DNA from: the human T2T-CHM13v2.0 reference genome, Homo sapiens
Strand: one strand, 5' to 3'
DNA: 64,000 nt
Assembly: GCF_009914755.1 (NCBI RefSeq)
Contig: NC_060947.1
The notes beneath the pieces were generated by a model. It was not told the DNA's origin. It was given only the letters and a program-made list of their open reading frames with translations, and ran no database searches. The translations under genes were made by a program, and so were the position numbers. The stretch's first letter is position 1. Each line of letters opens with the position of its first letter. Of this stretch, positions 30,937 to 51,167 are shown piece by piece.

Positions 30937-31847
30937 CCAAATGATAGGATTTTGTTTATCTCACTGGATTTGTAAATTTTAAAATTTTGCTAATAAAATG
31001 CACGTTAAATTATGAACACTTGTTTATCAGTTGGTATTTGCACATATATGATCTCTTTCACACATAAGGCAGAAATTATGAATGGGTATCCAAAAGTATA
31101 ACACAACATGCCTGAAGTGAAGAAACCTTGGATATCACCTAGCCATTTTTCCTCAGTAATCTATCTAAGAGATAAAGTGTCTTGCAGAGACCCATATGAC
31201 TATCAGAACTGGGAACTCTAATTCTACTTTCTGTTGAAGTTTAGAATGTCAGTTGGTTTCTATATGAATGAAGCTTTTGGAAACTAAATGGTCCCTAGAT
31301 CCGTTGTTTAGATTTCAGTTTGCTTTGTAACAATTTGAGGGTTTTTAGAAGGTTAAAGGGCTGTTGTCAAAATACATTGGTTGCATGTTGGGAGAATGGG
31401 AATGTCCATGACTTGTGCTAAGCCACTCCCCATAAGTTGGATAGCTGTATCCTTGAGGAACTCAGAGGAGATTGGGAAAACTTGTTCTTAGATGCCAAAT
31501 TTTTAAGTTAGACAGACTTAAGAATGCCCCTAAAGTATCCATGGATTCTCTCCCTAGTCTATAACTTACAAAATACACTTAGGACAAAACAAAAGAGCAT
31601 AGCAAGTGATTTCTCCCACATGATCTGCCCATAGCTTTGGGAATATTTTAAGTCCCAGAAAAAGTAGATAGTGCTATGTATTTGTACTGATGCAGACAGT
31701 GGGAGGGAGTGAAGTTGGGTAATAAAGGTGGATGGCATGCCCCTTTTTAAAATATATTGATCCCTAGTTATCTTGTGAATTTTATCCCTGTTACCATGAC
31801 TTTTATCTTGAAGTTATAGGGTAGGAAAATGAGAAAGAAAAGTTTTA

Positions 31848-34074
<2,227 letters not shown>

Positions 34075-34591
34075 AAATTATGTCACATTTTTTTCTTCTT
34101 ACACAAGTGTCTTTCTTTCCCTCCCCATCTTTCATCCTGGAGGAACTTTAGTGTATGCTGATGATCGTATGAGAAAAAAAAAGAACACACTCCTATACCC
34201 ACACATAATCCAGAAAAATATTCAATTATTTTTTAATTCAAATTTGAATAATGTAGTCCTACTTGAACAATGTCTATAGGGTAGTAAAAGAGAGGGCAAC
34301 ACTATCCATGAGTACACAGCTTCATTTCTCAAATTTTATAGTGTCTGATGTTACCATTTCCTCAGCCTCAGAAAGTATGTCTGGTGGTACTTTTAATTCC
34401 TACCCTTGCATTTATAAATTTTTACCTTCCTTTATGTCAAAGTCCTAGTATTAATTTATATATATATTATGCTACCCAAGTTGTTGCTGGTAAAAGAAAA
34501 GAGAAACCTCAGATGTTATGATTTGGTACTAAGAAAAGATATTATTATAATTATCTACAATTTAGGTGGAATACACGAAACTCTGGCATTT

Positions 34592-34947
34592 AAAAAAATT
34601 AAATAGCTTTAGGGGTACAAGTGGTTTTTGGTTACGTGGATGAATTGTATAGTGGTGAAGTTTGAGATTTTAGTGCACCCATCAGCAGTGCAGTGTACAT
34701 TGTAACCAATATGTAGTTTTTATTCCTCATCTTCCTTCCACTTTCCTCCTTTCTGAGTCTCCAATGTACATTATACTACTCAGTATGCCTCTGTATGCCT
34801 TTGCATACCCATAGCTTAGCTCCTACATGTCAGTGAGAATATACTGTATTTGCTTTTCCATTCTTGAGTTACTTCGCTTAGAATAATGGCCTCCAGCTCC
34901 ATCCAAGGGGCTTCATAAGACACTATTTTGTTCATTTTTATGGCTGA
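34592..34947 (-). mobile_element. 5'-truncated L1PB 3'UTR
   Basis: gctttaggggtacaagtggtttttggttacgtggatgaattgtatagtggtgaag; TSD aaactctggcattt / aaactttggcattt (34578-34591; 34948-34961). Confidence 0.88.
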
Positions 34948-34966
34948 AAACTTTGGCATTTTTTTT

Positions 34967-35160
34967 CAGGAAGGGGAACATCACACACCGGGGCCTGTTT
35001 TTGGGTGGGGGGAGGGGGGAGGGAAAGCATTAGGAGATATACCTAATGTAAATGACGAGTTAATGGGTGCAGCACACCAACATGGCACATGTATACATAT
35101 GTAACAAACCTGCACGTTGTGCACAGGTACCCTAGAACTTAAAGTATAATAAAAAAAAAA
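34967..35160 (+). mobile_element. Very short L1PA5/6-like 3' end
   Basis: caggaaggggaacatcacacaccggggcc...cctagaacttaaagtataataaaaaaaaaa; no TSD seen. Confidence 0.9.
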
Positions 35161-36424
35161 CATGTAGGATAAATCGTTATTTATTCACACACAGTTTCCC
35201 ACAGTAACAGAACTGTCAGATGAACATACTAGAAAGTGAGTGTTTTGATTTATTTTTGTCAGGATTGTTATTGTGCTTCAAGGGGTTTGGAGGTGGATTA
35301 GAAATGTCATTAGGTTAACTAGAATCTAGACAAATCAAATTCCCACTTAATATAGATTTAAGCTGTATCTGTTTTTAGTATAAATATAATTTTATAAACA
35401 AAAACTAATACTGATGATTTAATCAAGAAAATGTCTATCTGGATTCAGAATACAGTCAGTATAATCACATGGTAATCTCAATCTCGATACACAAATTTGA
35501 TATTGAGAACAATGACCCCGAGTCCTTGTTAAGAATTCTTTTATTAAAGAAACAGGTTCTAGAGCAAATTTACTTTGGCAGGAATATGAACTGAGTTTAG
35601 AACAAAAGTGTTAAAACATAAAGGTACTTTTTACTTTTCTCTCATGTAATAAATAACATAATTTCTATTTTGTCTTTTCAACATTTGGGATATTTACTAT
35701 TTTATTTTGACTTACCTGTTTTGGGAAAGACTGACCAGAGAAGCCAAGGTTTTATACAAAATTATATGTATATATATAATTTAAAAGTCATCAATTTCTA
35801 AATAAGTTAAAAATTTATAATTTTTTTCGTGAGTAGGTCTAGAAGGAAAGATCTCAGAAAGGAATGAGGAACCAGTCATTACAATCCAATGCTAGTAGTG
35901 AGTCTGAACAGTTTATAAACCTAGACATGCTTATTTTGAGACAGTTCAACGAATACAAATGAGCCGATTCTTCCATTTCCTTCCTTCCCTACCACTTTCT
36001 AAAGAGATACTAAGCGACTTACAAAATTACATCAAATTTCATGAAATGCAAATTAAGAACAACAAGTTGAAGGAAAAACAAGATGGGAAACCTGTAATTT
36101 TTCTAGGAAGAAAGAGATAATGATTTAAGAATGTGAACAGTGTCACATCGGTGGTCTTTACATATTCTTTGTAGCTGATAGAACAAGCACTGGCCTTTTA
36201 AGTTACTATAGCAATAATTCGACCTATAAGGAGTTAATAATATCCCTAAGGCTTGACTTTATTTCCCTCCTAACTTTCTTGAATTGAAATACTGCTCTGG
36301 GAACATATTCGTTTTCCAATTCATGTTCTCTTCACTTTCAGGGAAACTTGAAAGTGTTATAGTAGGAAGATGTTTAACAATAGAATGATTTTCATCAATG
36401 ACTAACTTTCATGCTGCCTACCTT

Positions 36425-36560
36425 CAATATGGTAGGCTATTTTAACAAATAACTCCAATTACAGTGGTTTAACACAATAAATGTTCAATGTTTATATTAT
36501 AAGCTCATGTGAATCAGAGGGATGGGCAAGGTCTCTGTTCAACACAGTCTTTCAGAGAGG
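36425..36560 (-). mobile_element. Possible old MLT1 LTR fragment
   Basis: taacaaataactccaattacagtggtttaacacaataaatg resembles the MLT1 terminus. Confidence 0.35.
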
Positions 36561-38974
36561 CTTTTTTATTAGTCACACCTGAAAGAAGCGTGTATTATTT
36601 TTGTAATACATAAGTATGTAATACATACTTTTGTAATACATGTAAAAAAAGACATTTTTTGTTAAAATGCGTGCTATTAATTATTATGAGACAACTGGAA
36701 TAAAAAATATTGTATTGGGCTAACTAGGACATGTATCCATACTACAGATAGGCCATAATTTCCTTTAGCACTAGGACAGTAGATAATTATATATTCTATA
36801 TGGTTTCTTGCACAGTGTGGAACACTCAAGTGATAAATAAACACTTGGAAGTTTGAAAACACTATGGAATACAGTCTCCAGATAAAATTACATCTCCATT
36901 GAGGATGAGTTTCTGTCATTTTTTTCTTTGTGACTTCCACGGTCACCTACAAAAAAACTGCCAGTTAGTTTCAAGAGCAATTGACATTTAGTCATTAAAC
37001 ACTAGCTAGGATCTGTTTGCTCTAATCTATTGAGCATACTTAGTGGCTACATTAAAATAGTAAATTGCATCACTATCACGTCCACCAGTGGGCAATAAAG
37101 AATCATAATAGTAATCCATATGTTTCATAAAGCTATATTTTCTTCTTTAAGATTTTCATGATAGGAGAAGTATGAATTGATGAACTATCTTCAGATTTTG
37201 AGATTAAGGACAAATAAGAGCATATTCAGGTGAGAATGATAAAGATGGAGTAAGGATTTAAATTTTTATGGTATAAAAATTTGTTGGAGAAACTAGTGAT
37301 ACTTGGACTGGAAAAGATAAACCAAAGAATAATCAGAATAATTATACTCAAAAGCTTAAAAGGGAGAAAGGACCAGGTTTCTTCAAGGGCTAGAACCAGG
37401 ACAAGTGGGTAGAAGATAAAAGAAGAAATATTTGTGGCTGTATATTGAGGAAGAAAAAGGCACAGCTGACATAAGATTGAGTTGTCTTAGAAGGGAGTGA
37501 ATTTATATATAGTTTGGCCAACTAAATAGTGAAGATGCTATGGCAAGGTTTTAAGTGTTGTATTGGAAACACAAGTTAAAATATAAGATACTCAGTGTTC
37601 ATTTCAAATTGATATGAGCTTAATTGATTCTGTTTGATTATAATAATAAAGGGACAGTACATTTGCTACAGCTAATTTCTCATGCTTTCATGAGGAGTAC
37701 ATTAACTTTTAGAGATTCTCCTTAGTTGGACAAGTCACTGACACTCCATTACATGCTTTGAAAATCCACCAAGGCCTATTTCCTTTACTCTAACTACTTT
37801 TTCATGCAATCTTTTATGTTTATATACAAGCTAGATATTATTTGGATTAATATTCAGGCAAGTTAATATTAATCCAGGGAAAATATTACATACTTAGACG
37901 AATCCATTTACTTGCTTATTCTTTCTTTCTCTCCACAAGACAAAAACTGCCATGGCAAATATGTCTTGACCGACATGCAAATAAAAGCATCACTGGGAAG
38001 TAAGTACTTCATTATATGGAAAGGGTAGAAAACCTATCAAATTGAATTAAAAAGCCACTGAATTAGCAGCACTGCTCAAAGGAGTGTGTCCATGATGCAA
38101 TGACTCAGATAAGAAAGATAATGTTTCATTAAGCGAGAGATACTGCCTATCACTTTAAATGCACACCTCTTACAGGAAAGATCAACATTTAGTAAAGCAA
38201 TGAAGAAATATCTAATCAGCCTTATCAATAATGAATTTTCTTTTCAGACCAGTACACAGCTTTCCTATTCCAGGGCCCCAGTGAAAGTCATATGCTATGA
38301 ACTCCACTTGATACACAGTTTTAGCAACTAAAATGAGTGTCTATTGGTACATTAGACAACCTCATTACAAGGGCCATTTCTCAAAGAGCTAGGATGTCAA
38401 CAAGGAATTGAAGATGGGCCATGAGCAGGCTGACTAAACTATGTCTTTGCATAATTCTTTGGTTAATGATTCCAGTATACAATCTGTTTTGAAGAAGATA
38501 CCAGTTTTAGGAAAAATTGTGATACAAAACAAATTGCCTTTAGTATTTGTCTGATGTCTCATTTCAGCTACTCTTTTTTTCAGATACTTTACTCTCTCAT
38601 TTTGGCTATTGAATCTGAAGCAATGCTCTATTCTCAGGACGTCTCCTTTTCTTCTATTTCCCCTTCCTTCTTCATTCCCCACAAAATGTGTCCCTTATGT
38701 GTCTCCTTTCCAAAGATCCTTGATCTCTGCTAGGGGGCAGGAACAAGTTTGAGTTTGGTTGCCTGCTTATTAATGCATTATATACTACTTCTTCTTGGAA
38801 TTTTATTATTTCTCCTCTTTGTTGAATACAATAATGTAACTTTTAACTAAAATAAATGTTCTTTAATGGTAGAAACATTAAGCAGCTGTCAGGCCCATTG
38901 TGGTGATGGCAGTGATGAATAGGATTTGTGGGAGGTACTTCTGGAATGAGGGCAAGCTTGATATACACACTCAA

Positions 38975-39238
38975 ATATTCCGGTTTAGTAAGACTTGCAT
39001 GAGTCCCAGGAATCTGTATTTTCCTAAGGTATCCAGGTGATTGTCACATGCAATTGGGTTTGGAAAGCACTGCTTTGTATTAGTGCTACTTAACTATTAA
39101 TGTACATAAAAATTACCAGGGAATCTTCTTAAAATGCAGATTTTCATGAAAGAGGACTAGGGTGGAATTCTGCATTTCAAACAAATTTCCAGCTGATGCT
39201 GAAGCTGCTGGCCCAGAATTCACATTTTAAGTAACAAA
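38975..39238. mobile_element. MER5-family (hAT-Charlie) MITE remnants, two adjacent pieces
   Basis: ccaggaatctgtattttcctaaggtatccaggtgatt, then cttcttaaaatgcagatt...ctgcatttcaaacaaatttccagctgatgctgaagctgctggccc. Confidence 0.7.
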
Positions 39239-39371
39239 GATCTGGAACATTAATATTTTGAAAATATCAATATTGAGGTTGATCAATGTTGACATAACAC
39301 ATATTTTTAAAAGCAAAAATGCCTGAGCATTGATTTTTTTTTTCTGAGTTTGCCAAATGATTTTAATGTAA

Positions 39372-39722
<351 letters not shown>

Positions 39723-39799
39723 TGAAGAAGCAGATGTTGCTGTGAAATATCTGTAAATTGCACCTGAACATTTCCAAGGTAAGACAGGTCAAAGTTGTG

Positions 39800-40000
39800 T
39801 AATAATTAAGAGTAGGGGTTCCAGTTTCATTGAACTGGATTTGGGTCTTGTTTTCACTTTTTATTAATTGTATATCTTTGTGCATATTAATTCATACTAA
39901 TAAGCACCAAAACAGGAATAAGAATACTCAAAGATTTATCTAGAATAAGGGAAATAATGCATATAAAATGTAATAAACCCTTAATAAATGAGAGCTATTT
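39800..40000 (+). mobile_element. MIR fragment
   Basis: Weak MIR-like similarity (aataattaagagtaggggttccag...actggatttgggtctt; taataaatgagagctatt). Confidence 0.45.
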
Positions 40001-41579
40001 TTTGATATTACACTTGGTGCATACTAAGTTTTTTCATTGAAGAGCCCCAAATGCCAGAGGAAATTAATATACGTTCCTTGGGGAATGAAGATCTGTGGTC
40101 CTCTACAAGAGTTACAGTTCTTAGAAATCTCTTGTTTCACTTTTAAAAACATCATTCCAGTATTGAATTGTATCTCACAGTGTATATGCACATTTATCAC
40201 AAAAATAAATTAAATATATGTATTACCCCAAAATGTTAAGAAAAATTGATGTAGCACGGAACTATTGCATAATTGTTCTATAGTTCTACAAATTCCTTTT
40301 GCAGTATTGAGTAACACGTTATTACCCTGATGGTGCGGTGGAGGCAGTAAGCTCAGACTGCTGCCATTCTTTATTGTGTGACTCACCCACCACAAGGGGA
40401 GAATGTGGATGAATTTGACCTACCCCTCAGCTGTCAGTCACAGCTGTTTTGACCAAGTATATGCAACTTAACCAGGCCTGCCAATTTGTATGTTACATGT
40501 TTCCAGAAATTTTACTCACATGTGAACAATATGAAATTTTCTAGACTAATCAGATTCTCAGTCACATATTTCAGCTTGAAAATACCTTATCAATCAGTAA
40601 TTTGCTTGTAGTGCATTAAAAGGTTAGTAAGAAGATGCTGAAACTGAGAAGAAGTAAAAAACATTAAAGTGTAATTAATCGGAGAAAGAAGCTGGCTCAA
40701 AGATTCAGAAAAATTTCCTCAATAAAGTAGAATCTCTGAGCTCTAATAACATTGAGGACCAATTCCTAGTTTCCATGAGAAAGCAACACTAGCCTGTGGC
40801 AAAATTTTGATGTTATTAAACATTACACTTTGAGTCCCAGACTCTAGTTATGTCCCCTTTCCTCAAATGGAGATCCCTTGTAAAATTCTAGTAATTTTAA
40901 GTAAATAAACATTAACTTAGGGTTTACTATGCACCAGTCACTGAATTAAATGCTGTGGAGCAAATACGACACAATTTTTCTTTTAGAGGTTTTATTCTGA
41001 TAGTATAGAGTCATATTCACAAAGTATATGGTCTATTCATATATGTTTATGTGTGTATGTAGATATACAACTGTGATTTCTTCCATGAAGGGAAAGCAGG
41101 GAGCAAGCTAAAGGAGGTGCTTGGGAAGACATACATAAGTGAAATATCAAAAGAATTACATGATTTAGAGGCCAATGAATGCACCTGGCAATTCCCAAAC
41201 ATTGCCACCACTAGTCATTCTTTTATGACTAAGGCAGGGTTTCCAGAGGATCACTGCTAACATGTAAATCTGTTCTATAAATAACATTAAAATTTTGTTT
41301 AAAACACTCTTTAGAAAAAAAGTAAATAGATTTTAAGACAGTCAGCTTTGATTGTAGATGAAGAATCAGTGAAGAGTATGCAGATGAAGTTGGATTAGGT
41401 CCCAGTGTGTTGTTTTGGTGATGTGCTCTGGTTATCAAAGGGAAATATGAAAACACCATGAGCTTGGAGAGATAATAATTATTTTGCAATTTTGCATGAG
41501 TTCTGTCTACAAGTTACTCAGCATGTGCTTCAATGTATTTAGTATGAATCACATGGGGGGAGGTTTGAAGTTCAAATAA

Positions 41580-41945
41580 ATTCATTCATTCATTAAACAA
41601 ATATGTATTCATAGCCTACTATATATGAGGCAATATAGTAGGTGCTTACTCTGTGAATTATATAGACAAATGGATCTAATATTCTAGTTGGGGAGACAGA
41701 AAATAAGTATAGTAAGTCAGTAAAGCATATACTATGTTAGATAGCAATAAGTGCAAAAGAAAGAAAATTAAGCAGGCCAATATATAAATATATAAATATA
41801 AATATGAAATATTTGGAGACAAAATATTTGATGGCTTAGGGAATTTTTATTGAGAAAGACAATTGAATAAAATAAATGAAGAAAGTGAGGAAGCTAACCA
41901 TCTGGGGAATAAAAAGAGCATACTAGACAGAATGCAAAATGATTA
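41580..41945 (-). mobile_element. L2 3' fragment
   Basis: ttcattcattcattaaacaaatatgtattcatagcctactata...attctagttggggagacagaaaataag. Confidence 0.7.
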
Positions 41946-41959
41946 CAAAGGGCTTCAAC

Positions 41960-43208
41960 TCCTTGGCCTCTCTTCTGGAATCAATATATTTTTCCAGTGA
42001 TTTATTTAACTGTCTTTTATTGCACAAATACCATGCTGTTTTAATTACAATAACTTTTTAATAGTACTTGAAATTCATTCTTCAAGATTATGTTGGCTAT
42101 TCTTGGCACTCTGCATTTCATACAAAGTTTAGTTTCAGTTTGTTATATACTACAGAAACACATGCTGCTATATTGGTGGAGATTGAATCAAGTCTATTGG
42201 TTAATTTATGATTAATTGACATATTTACAACACTGAAGCTTCCAATTTATGAGCATTAGATCTTCCCCATTTATTTTTCTTTTTAAATTTATTACAATAA
42301 CAAGGTATAATTTTGTGTATATAAAAATTTACATCTTTTATTAGATTTATTCCTAGTTTTTGTTTAAAGATAATTTTAATGAAATCACATTTTCCAGTTT
42401 TTAAGGGTCTGTAAACAAACAAATAAATGAACAAAAGCACACACATTATTTTACATTTAGATATACATTACAACTGTCTTACAATAAAAATTTTTTTGTG
42501 GTGAAAATGTTTAAAACTTTTTCTCAGCAGTTTTAAAGGACTATATACATTGTTAACTATAGTCACCATGCTGTACAATAGATAGCCAAAACTTATTCTC
42601 TCTTCAATTGAAACTTGGTACCCTTTGACCAACATCATCCCATCCCCTAGTAAGCACCATTCTACTCTCCACTTCGATAATTTCAACCATTTTAGATTCC
42701 TCATATAAGTAAGATTATAGTGGTATTTGTCTTTCTGTGTCTGGCTTATTTACTAAATTAAACACAACAGTGAAAATAACAGCAAAAACAATAGGATGCC
42801 TTATAGATACTGTTATTTTTAAAAATATGTTGGAAACTTAGTTGTACTATAACTGAGCAATTAAAATGTAGTTATATTTGATGTTTTTTATGTAAGTAAA
42901 CATTTTATCTTTTGAAACTTCATTTTTAACTGTTTATGTCTAGAATATAGAAGTGTATTTGGTGTTATATGGCCCTTGTATTCAACAACCTTATTACATT
43001 AATTTATTAATTATAATAAATGGTTTGCAGAATCTTTAAGAGTTTCCATATGTGCAGATATATTTGTGATTAATAATAATTTTTCCCAATTGTATGGCTT
43101 CTATATACATTTACTTGTTTTATCACATAGCCTTCTACTTTCAGTATAATGATGAATAGAAGTGATGAGAATGGACATCTTTGTATTTTTCCAACTCAGC
43201 ATGAAAGC
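41960..43208 (-). mobile_element. Old L1M ORF2 fragments with a nested L1MA-like 3' end (~42480-42755)
   Basis: Degenerate antisense ORF2; the nested piece has ttgttaactatagtcaccatgctgtacaatagat. Confidence 0.65.
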
Positions 43209-45854
<2,646 letters not shown>

Positions 45855-47168
45855 AAAGCTTTCAGAAAATTACTATTAGTTATGATCTTTTCCACAGGTT
45901 TACTAAAATAGTCTCTTTGAGATTAAGAAACCGTCCTTATATTCCTAGTATGTTAAGAGTTTTATCATGAATAGCTGTTGAATTCATATATAAAGAAAGT
46001 TTTACTATATATTGAGGCGATTCTTAAACTTTACCTTTATTCTGTTACTGTGTTAAGTTTTCAGATGTGAAACTTGCCTTGTATTTATGGGATAAGCTTG
46101 GTTATGATACATTATACTATATGTATATCACACAGTTTAGCTTTGCCAATATTTTCTTTAATATTTTTCATCTATGTCCATGGGAGGGATTGTAAGTTGT
46201 CTTATCCATGTAAACTTCCTCCCATAAAATAAATTGGGAGGTGTTTCTTTTTTTCTGTTCTATGAAATATTTTGTCTATTGTTGATATTATTTTTTCTTA
46301 ACTATTTGAAATAATTCTCCAACTAGTCCTAGACATCTTGTTGAGTGAACATTTCAAATTACAGATATATTTCTTTTAATACATGTTTATTCAGAATTTA
46401 TGTTTTTCCCTTGTGTTTGTTTTGATAAGTTGTATATTTCCAAATTTTTTTGTTTTTTCTAAGTTTTAAAATTTGTTCACCTACAGTTGTTTATCTTCTT
46501 ATTTTTCTAGTGTTTGTAGATTTATAGTGGGTCCTTTTTTTTCCCTTCCTGATGCTGCTATATTTGTCCTTTCTATTTAATTTCTTTATCACTCTTACTA
46601 AATATTTATTCATTTTAGTAATATTTTCAAATGATGACATCTTTGCGTGTATTTCCATTTAAAAATTTTTCATGTTATTAAATTTTGATCATTTTAATAA
46701 ACATGTTTTCATTTCTTTTACAATATTTTTTGAGTTTAGCTTGCTGTTCTTTTACTAACTCCTTGAGATAGATGATTTTCAACTTTTATTCATTTCAAAT
46801 ATATGTATCTAAAGCTATAAATGTTACTCTAAGCATAGATATAACTATTATAAAATAAATGGTTGATATATTATTATATTTTACTGCTTATTCAATAAAT
46901 ACATTTTCTAATTTTCATTTTGATTTTCTTTTGACTAACGAGTTACACAGAAATGTATTGCTTAATTTCAAAGAATGTTATTTTACAATTTACTGGCTTT
47001 TTAAATTTATTCCTTTATTAACTGCGACATGCACATATACTGTGAATGAATTCTGCTTTTTGAAATTGTTGAAGCTTGCTTCATGGCCCATCATATAGCC
47101 AATTTTCTCAACTTTCTTTAATATTAGGAAAGCTATACCAGTTTTCTTTTGGCTAGCATATGCGTATC

Positions 47169-47645
<477 letters not shown>

Positions 47646-47715
47646 TAATCTATTTTTTCACTTTTCAGATTTGTTCCATAATTATTACTAGCTTTTTTGT
47701 TTTCTTTAGGTTTAA

Positions 47716-48074
<359 letters not shown>

Positions 48075-48577
48075 AACAGTTATGTATTCTTTTACTATAT
48101 TTTAGTAGTTAATCTAGAGATAAAATGTGTAAACGATTGAAGTGTAATATAAACTAGAATGTTTCCCATTTTTCAGAAAATGCTAAATATTTAGAACATT
48201 TAATAACATTCAGACTGCCTTGCCTTTTTGTTAATGTATTATACACTTCAATTTTAAATGTATATTAAACAACACATTATCATTGAAATTATTATTTTGT
48301 GTTGGCCCCATCTTTACTGTGTTTTTAATTTTCATTCAATTGGTTATTTCTATTTCTGTCAGAAATAATTTTTGTTTTGTCTGAAGAATTCCAATTACTA
48401 TTTCTTTTAGTGTAAGTCTTCCAAAAATAAAATATATGAATTTTTTTGTTCTGCAAATTAGTTTGCCTTTTCTTTTGAATAATATTTTAATGAGTATACA
48501 GCTTTAGGTTAGCAATTATTACTATTATTCTTTCAGCTCTCTAAGTATATTATTTCACTACATTTTGGCTTCCACGT

Positions 48578-48860
48578 TATTTTAGTCTATTAGGGTTACC
48601 ATAACAAAATACCACAGACTGAGCGGCTTAAACAAACAACATAACTTTATTTTTTAGAGTTCTGGAAGCTACACAATCCAAGATCAAATCCTTGGTTTCT
48701 CATAAGGTTTCTTTTCTTGGCTTTCAGACAGCCACCTTCTCACTTTCTTCACATGGCCTTTCCTGTATGCATGCACATCCTTGACGTCTCCTTCTGTGTG
48801 TTCAAAACTCTTCTTATAAGGACACTAGTCACACTGCACCAGGGGTATCAAATCTCTTTG
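48578..48860 (-). mobile_element. MLT1-family MaLR LTR fragment
   Basis: agggttaccataacaaaataccacagactgagcggcttaaacaa...tcttcttataaggacactagtc. Confidence 0.75.
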
Positions 48861-50019
48861 ATCACTTTTCTCTTTGAAGTTTTCTCTTTAATGACCCTCT
48901 TGATGCCATGGTCCTCTTGATATGGACACCATGTGGTACGGGCTCCTTTTCCATAGTGGCAGTCCCACTGCCTCTGTATGACCTCATGTTGGCCACTGAT
49001 TGCAGCTTGCTTGTGAACTGAAGAGGTACTCCATGCTTTTCCAGAAACTGCAGACTATTCTGGACTGGATAATCCAGTAAACTTCTTTGTCATACAGTGG
49101 GCTACAACTGTGTGTTCTTTCTCAAAGAACATATTAAACTCGGTATTAGAAAACAAGCTCTACTTCCAAGTTTGTCCTCTTTGGGTATTCTCCTTTAACT
49201 GTTGTACTTAATAGTATTCTCTTACATCTAATATTATTTTTTCATAGTCTCATATTTACTTATATTACAGTTCCACAGTTTGGGTAACTGAGCAGTCTCT
49301 GTCTCCTGATTAGCCTCAAAATGATACAAAGTCATGTAGATAATTGGAACAGAACAGAAATGCCAGAAATAGACACATATATATTTGGATATTAAGTAGA
49401 TAATAAAATGGCTTATCAAATAATGGTGTGAATATGTACTTTAAAACACATGTTGTTAGATGTTTAATATAGTAATTTGGAAAAGGAAATTTTGAATTGA
49501 TATTCACACTGTGCATCACAGTAAATATTGAATGGGTCAAATATTTAAATGTAAAAATAAAATTATAAATGTATGAGAAGATGATATCAGTAAATACTTC
49601 AAAATGTCTGAAGGGAAAAAAGCTTTATAATTAACATGCCTTTTTTATAATACACTGTGATTTCACTCTCAGATTGAGTATTAGGCAACTTCAACTACTC
49701 TTTAAAATTACATTCAACATTTTAGTGGAGGTCCATGTCAGTATAACGAGGCAAGGAAAGGGAAAATATATGTAAGGATTAGAAAATGAGAAATTCCGCA
49801 TTTTGGCAATGTAACAATGTCCATAGACAAATTTAAATTGTCTACATATAAATATAGTCAACGAACAAGTTTAGAAAGATTACTGGATAAAAGTTCAATA
49901 CAACAAATAAATAATCTTTTACACAGCAGAAAGAATCATTTAGAAAATGTAATTTGAAAGATGATGCCACATATAACAGCATCTAAGCAGATATTTATGA
50001 ATACTTTTAATAAAAAGTG

Positions 50020-50560
50020 TTATATAAATCAGCCAAAAAGACTCCTTGTATATTGGCCCTTAGGTTGTTTATTTTGTCACTGCTATGTGAGACCCACTAG
50101 TTGGTAGCAAATTCAAATTTTTCACATAAAGATATTTTAGAAATAACTCTAAAAAGCAGGATTTTTAGCCATTTAGAGCCTGGCTACTCTGAATACTTTA
50201 CACAATTTTACCCCACATCTGCTGACTATTAATAAGAAAGAGAAGTGTAGTTATAAGGCTTCAAGTTGCTATAGCCCTTCACCATTGTCTGATCCAGAGG
50301 CTCCCCACTGTGCTTCTGCGTGACACAAACTAGACATTTATGTTTCTTCTTTGGTCCTTATTTTCCTTGAGAGCTTCCTTGCTCTCCTCCCCTTCTGGAA
50401 GATGACCCCATTCCCATAAGCCTACGTATATTCTTATGCTATGAAAGGCTTCTGCTCTTATGTAAACTTGTCCAAGCATTCTCTAATAAAATTTGTGTCC
50501 TATTGCCTTTTATGGTCATATAGTTTTCTTTGATGTGCTCAAATTCCTCACACTTCTACA
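50020..50560 (+). mobile_element. LTR-like segment, family undetermined
   Basis: More GC-rich insert in the L1 remnant, with tatattc and an aataaa near its 3' end. Confidence 0.3.
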
Positions 50561-51044
50561 TATGTACATGATCTATAATGTCCTATACAGAGAGAAATTT
50601 TAAGACATCTCAATAAAAATAAAAAAGTCAAAACTTTCCCAATGGACCTGTAAGTAATTTGTTACAATCAAAACCACAAAAGTTTATTTATGTTGGAATT
50701 ATATAATCTGGTTCTAAGTGTATGCTAATGGCAAAGGGCTGAGAATAACCAAGACACCCTTGAAGAAGAACAATTTGCTTTTCTCAATATGAAAATGTAT
50801 TTTTCTGCTTTATTATTTAGTGTAATATTATTATGGTTAAGAGATAGACTGTTTGAAGATTGGAAAAGGACAGGAAGACCTAATCAAATATGAATCATTG
50901 TTGTAAGATAGTATTACAGAATATTGAAGAAAAATGGTATTTTCAATAAATGGTGCTGTGATAATTGGGTATGTATTTGGAAAAATAAAATTGAACACTG
51001 ATCTCAAACTATTTAAAATTCAATTCAAGATGTGTTATTGATAC

Positions 51045-51167
51045 AGTGACAATATATCCCATTTGTCTGAAATAGTCACAGTTATGGCTTTTATTCTGAA
51101 ATATCACAACTAACCCCATTTAACTCTCAAAAGTTCCCCAGTTTTGAATATAAGTTATATTGTTACA
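51045..51167. mobile_element. MER81/MER94-like hAT-Blackjack MITE
   Basis: Degenerate TIRs (gtgacaatata ... tatattgttac) and internal ctctcaaaagttccccagttttg. Confidence 0.55.

Noticed and set aside
38230-38330. Possible splice acceptor (ttttcttttcag) and exon
   Set aside because: All three frames close quickly, and there is no recognisable protein or clear donor.
40310-40470. Cluster of AP-1, E-box and RUNX-like motifs
   Set aside because: Short motifs with no independent support.
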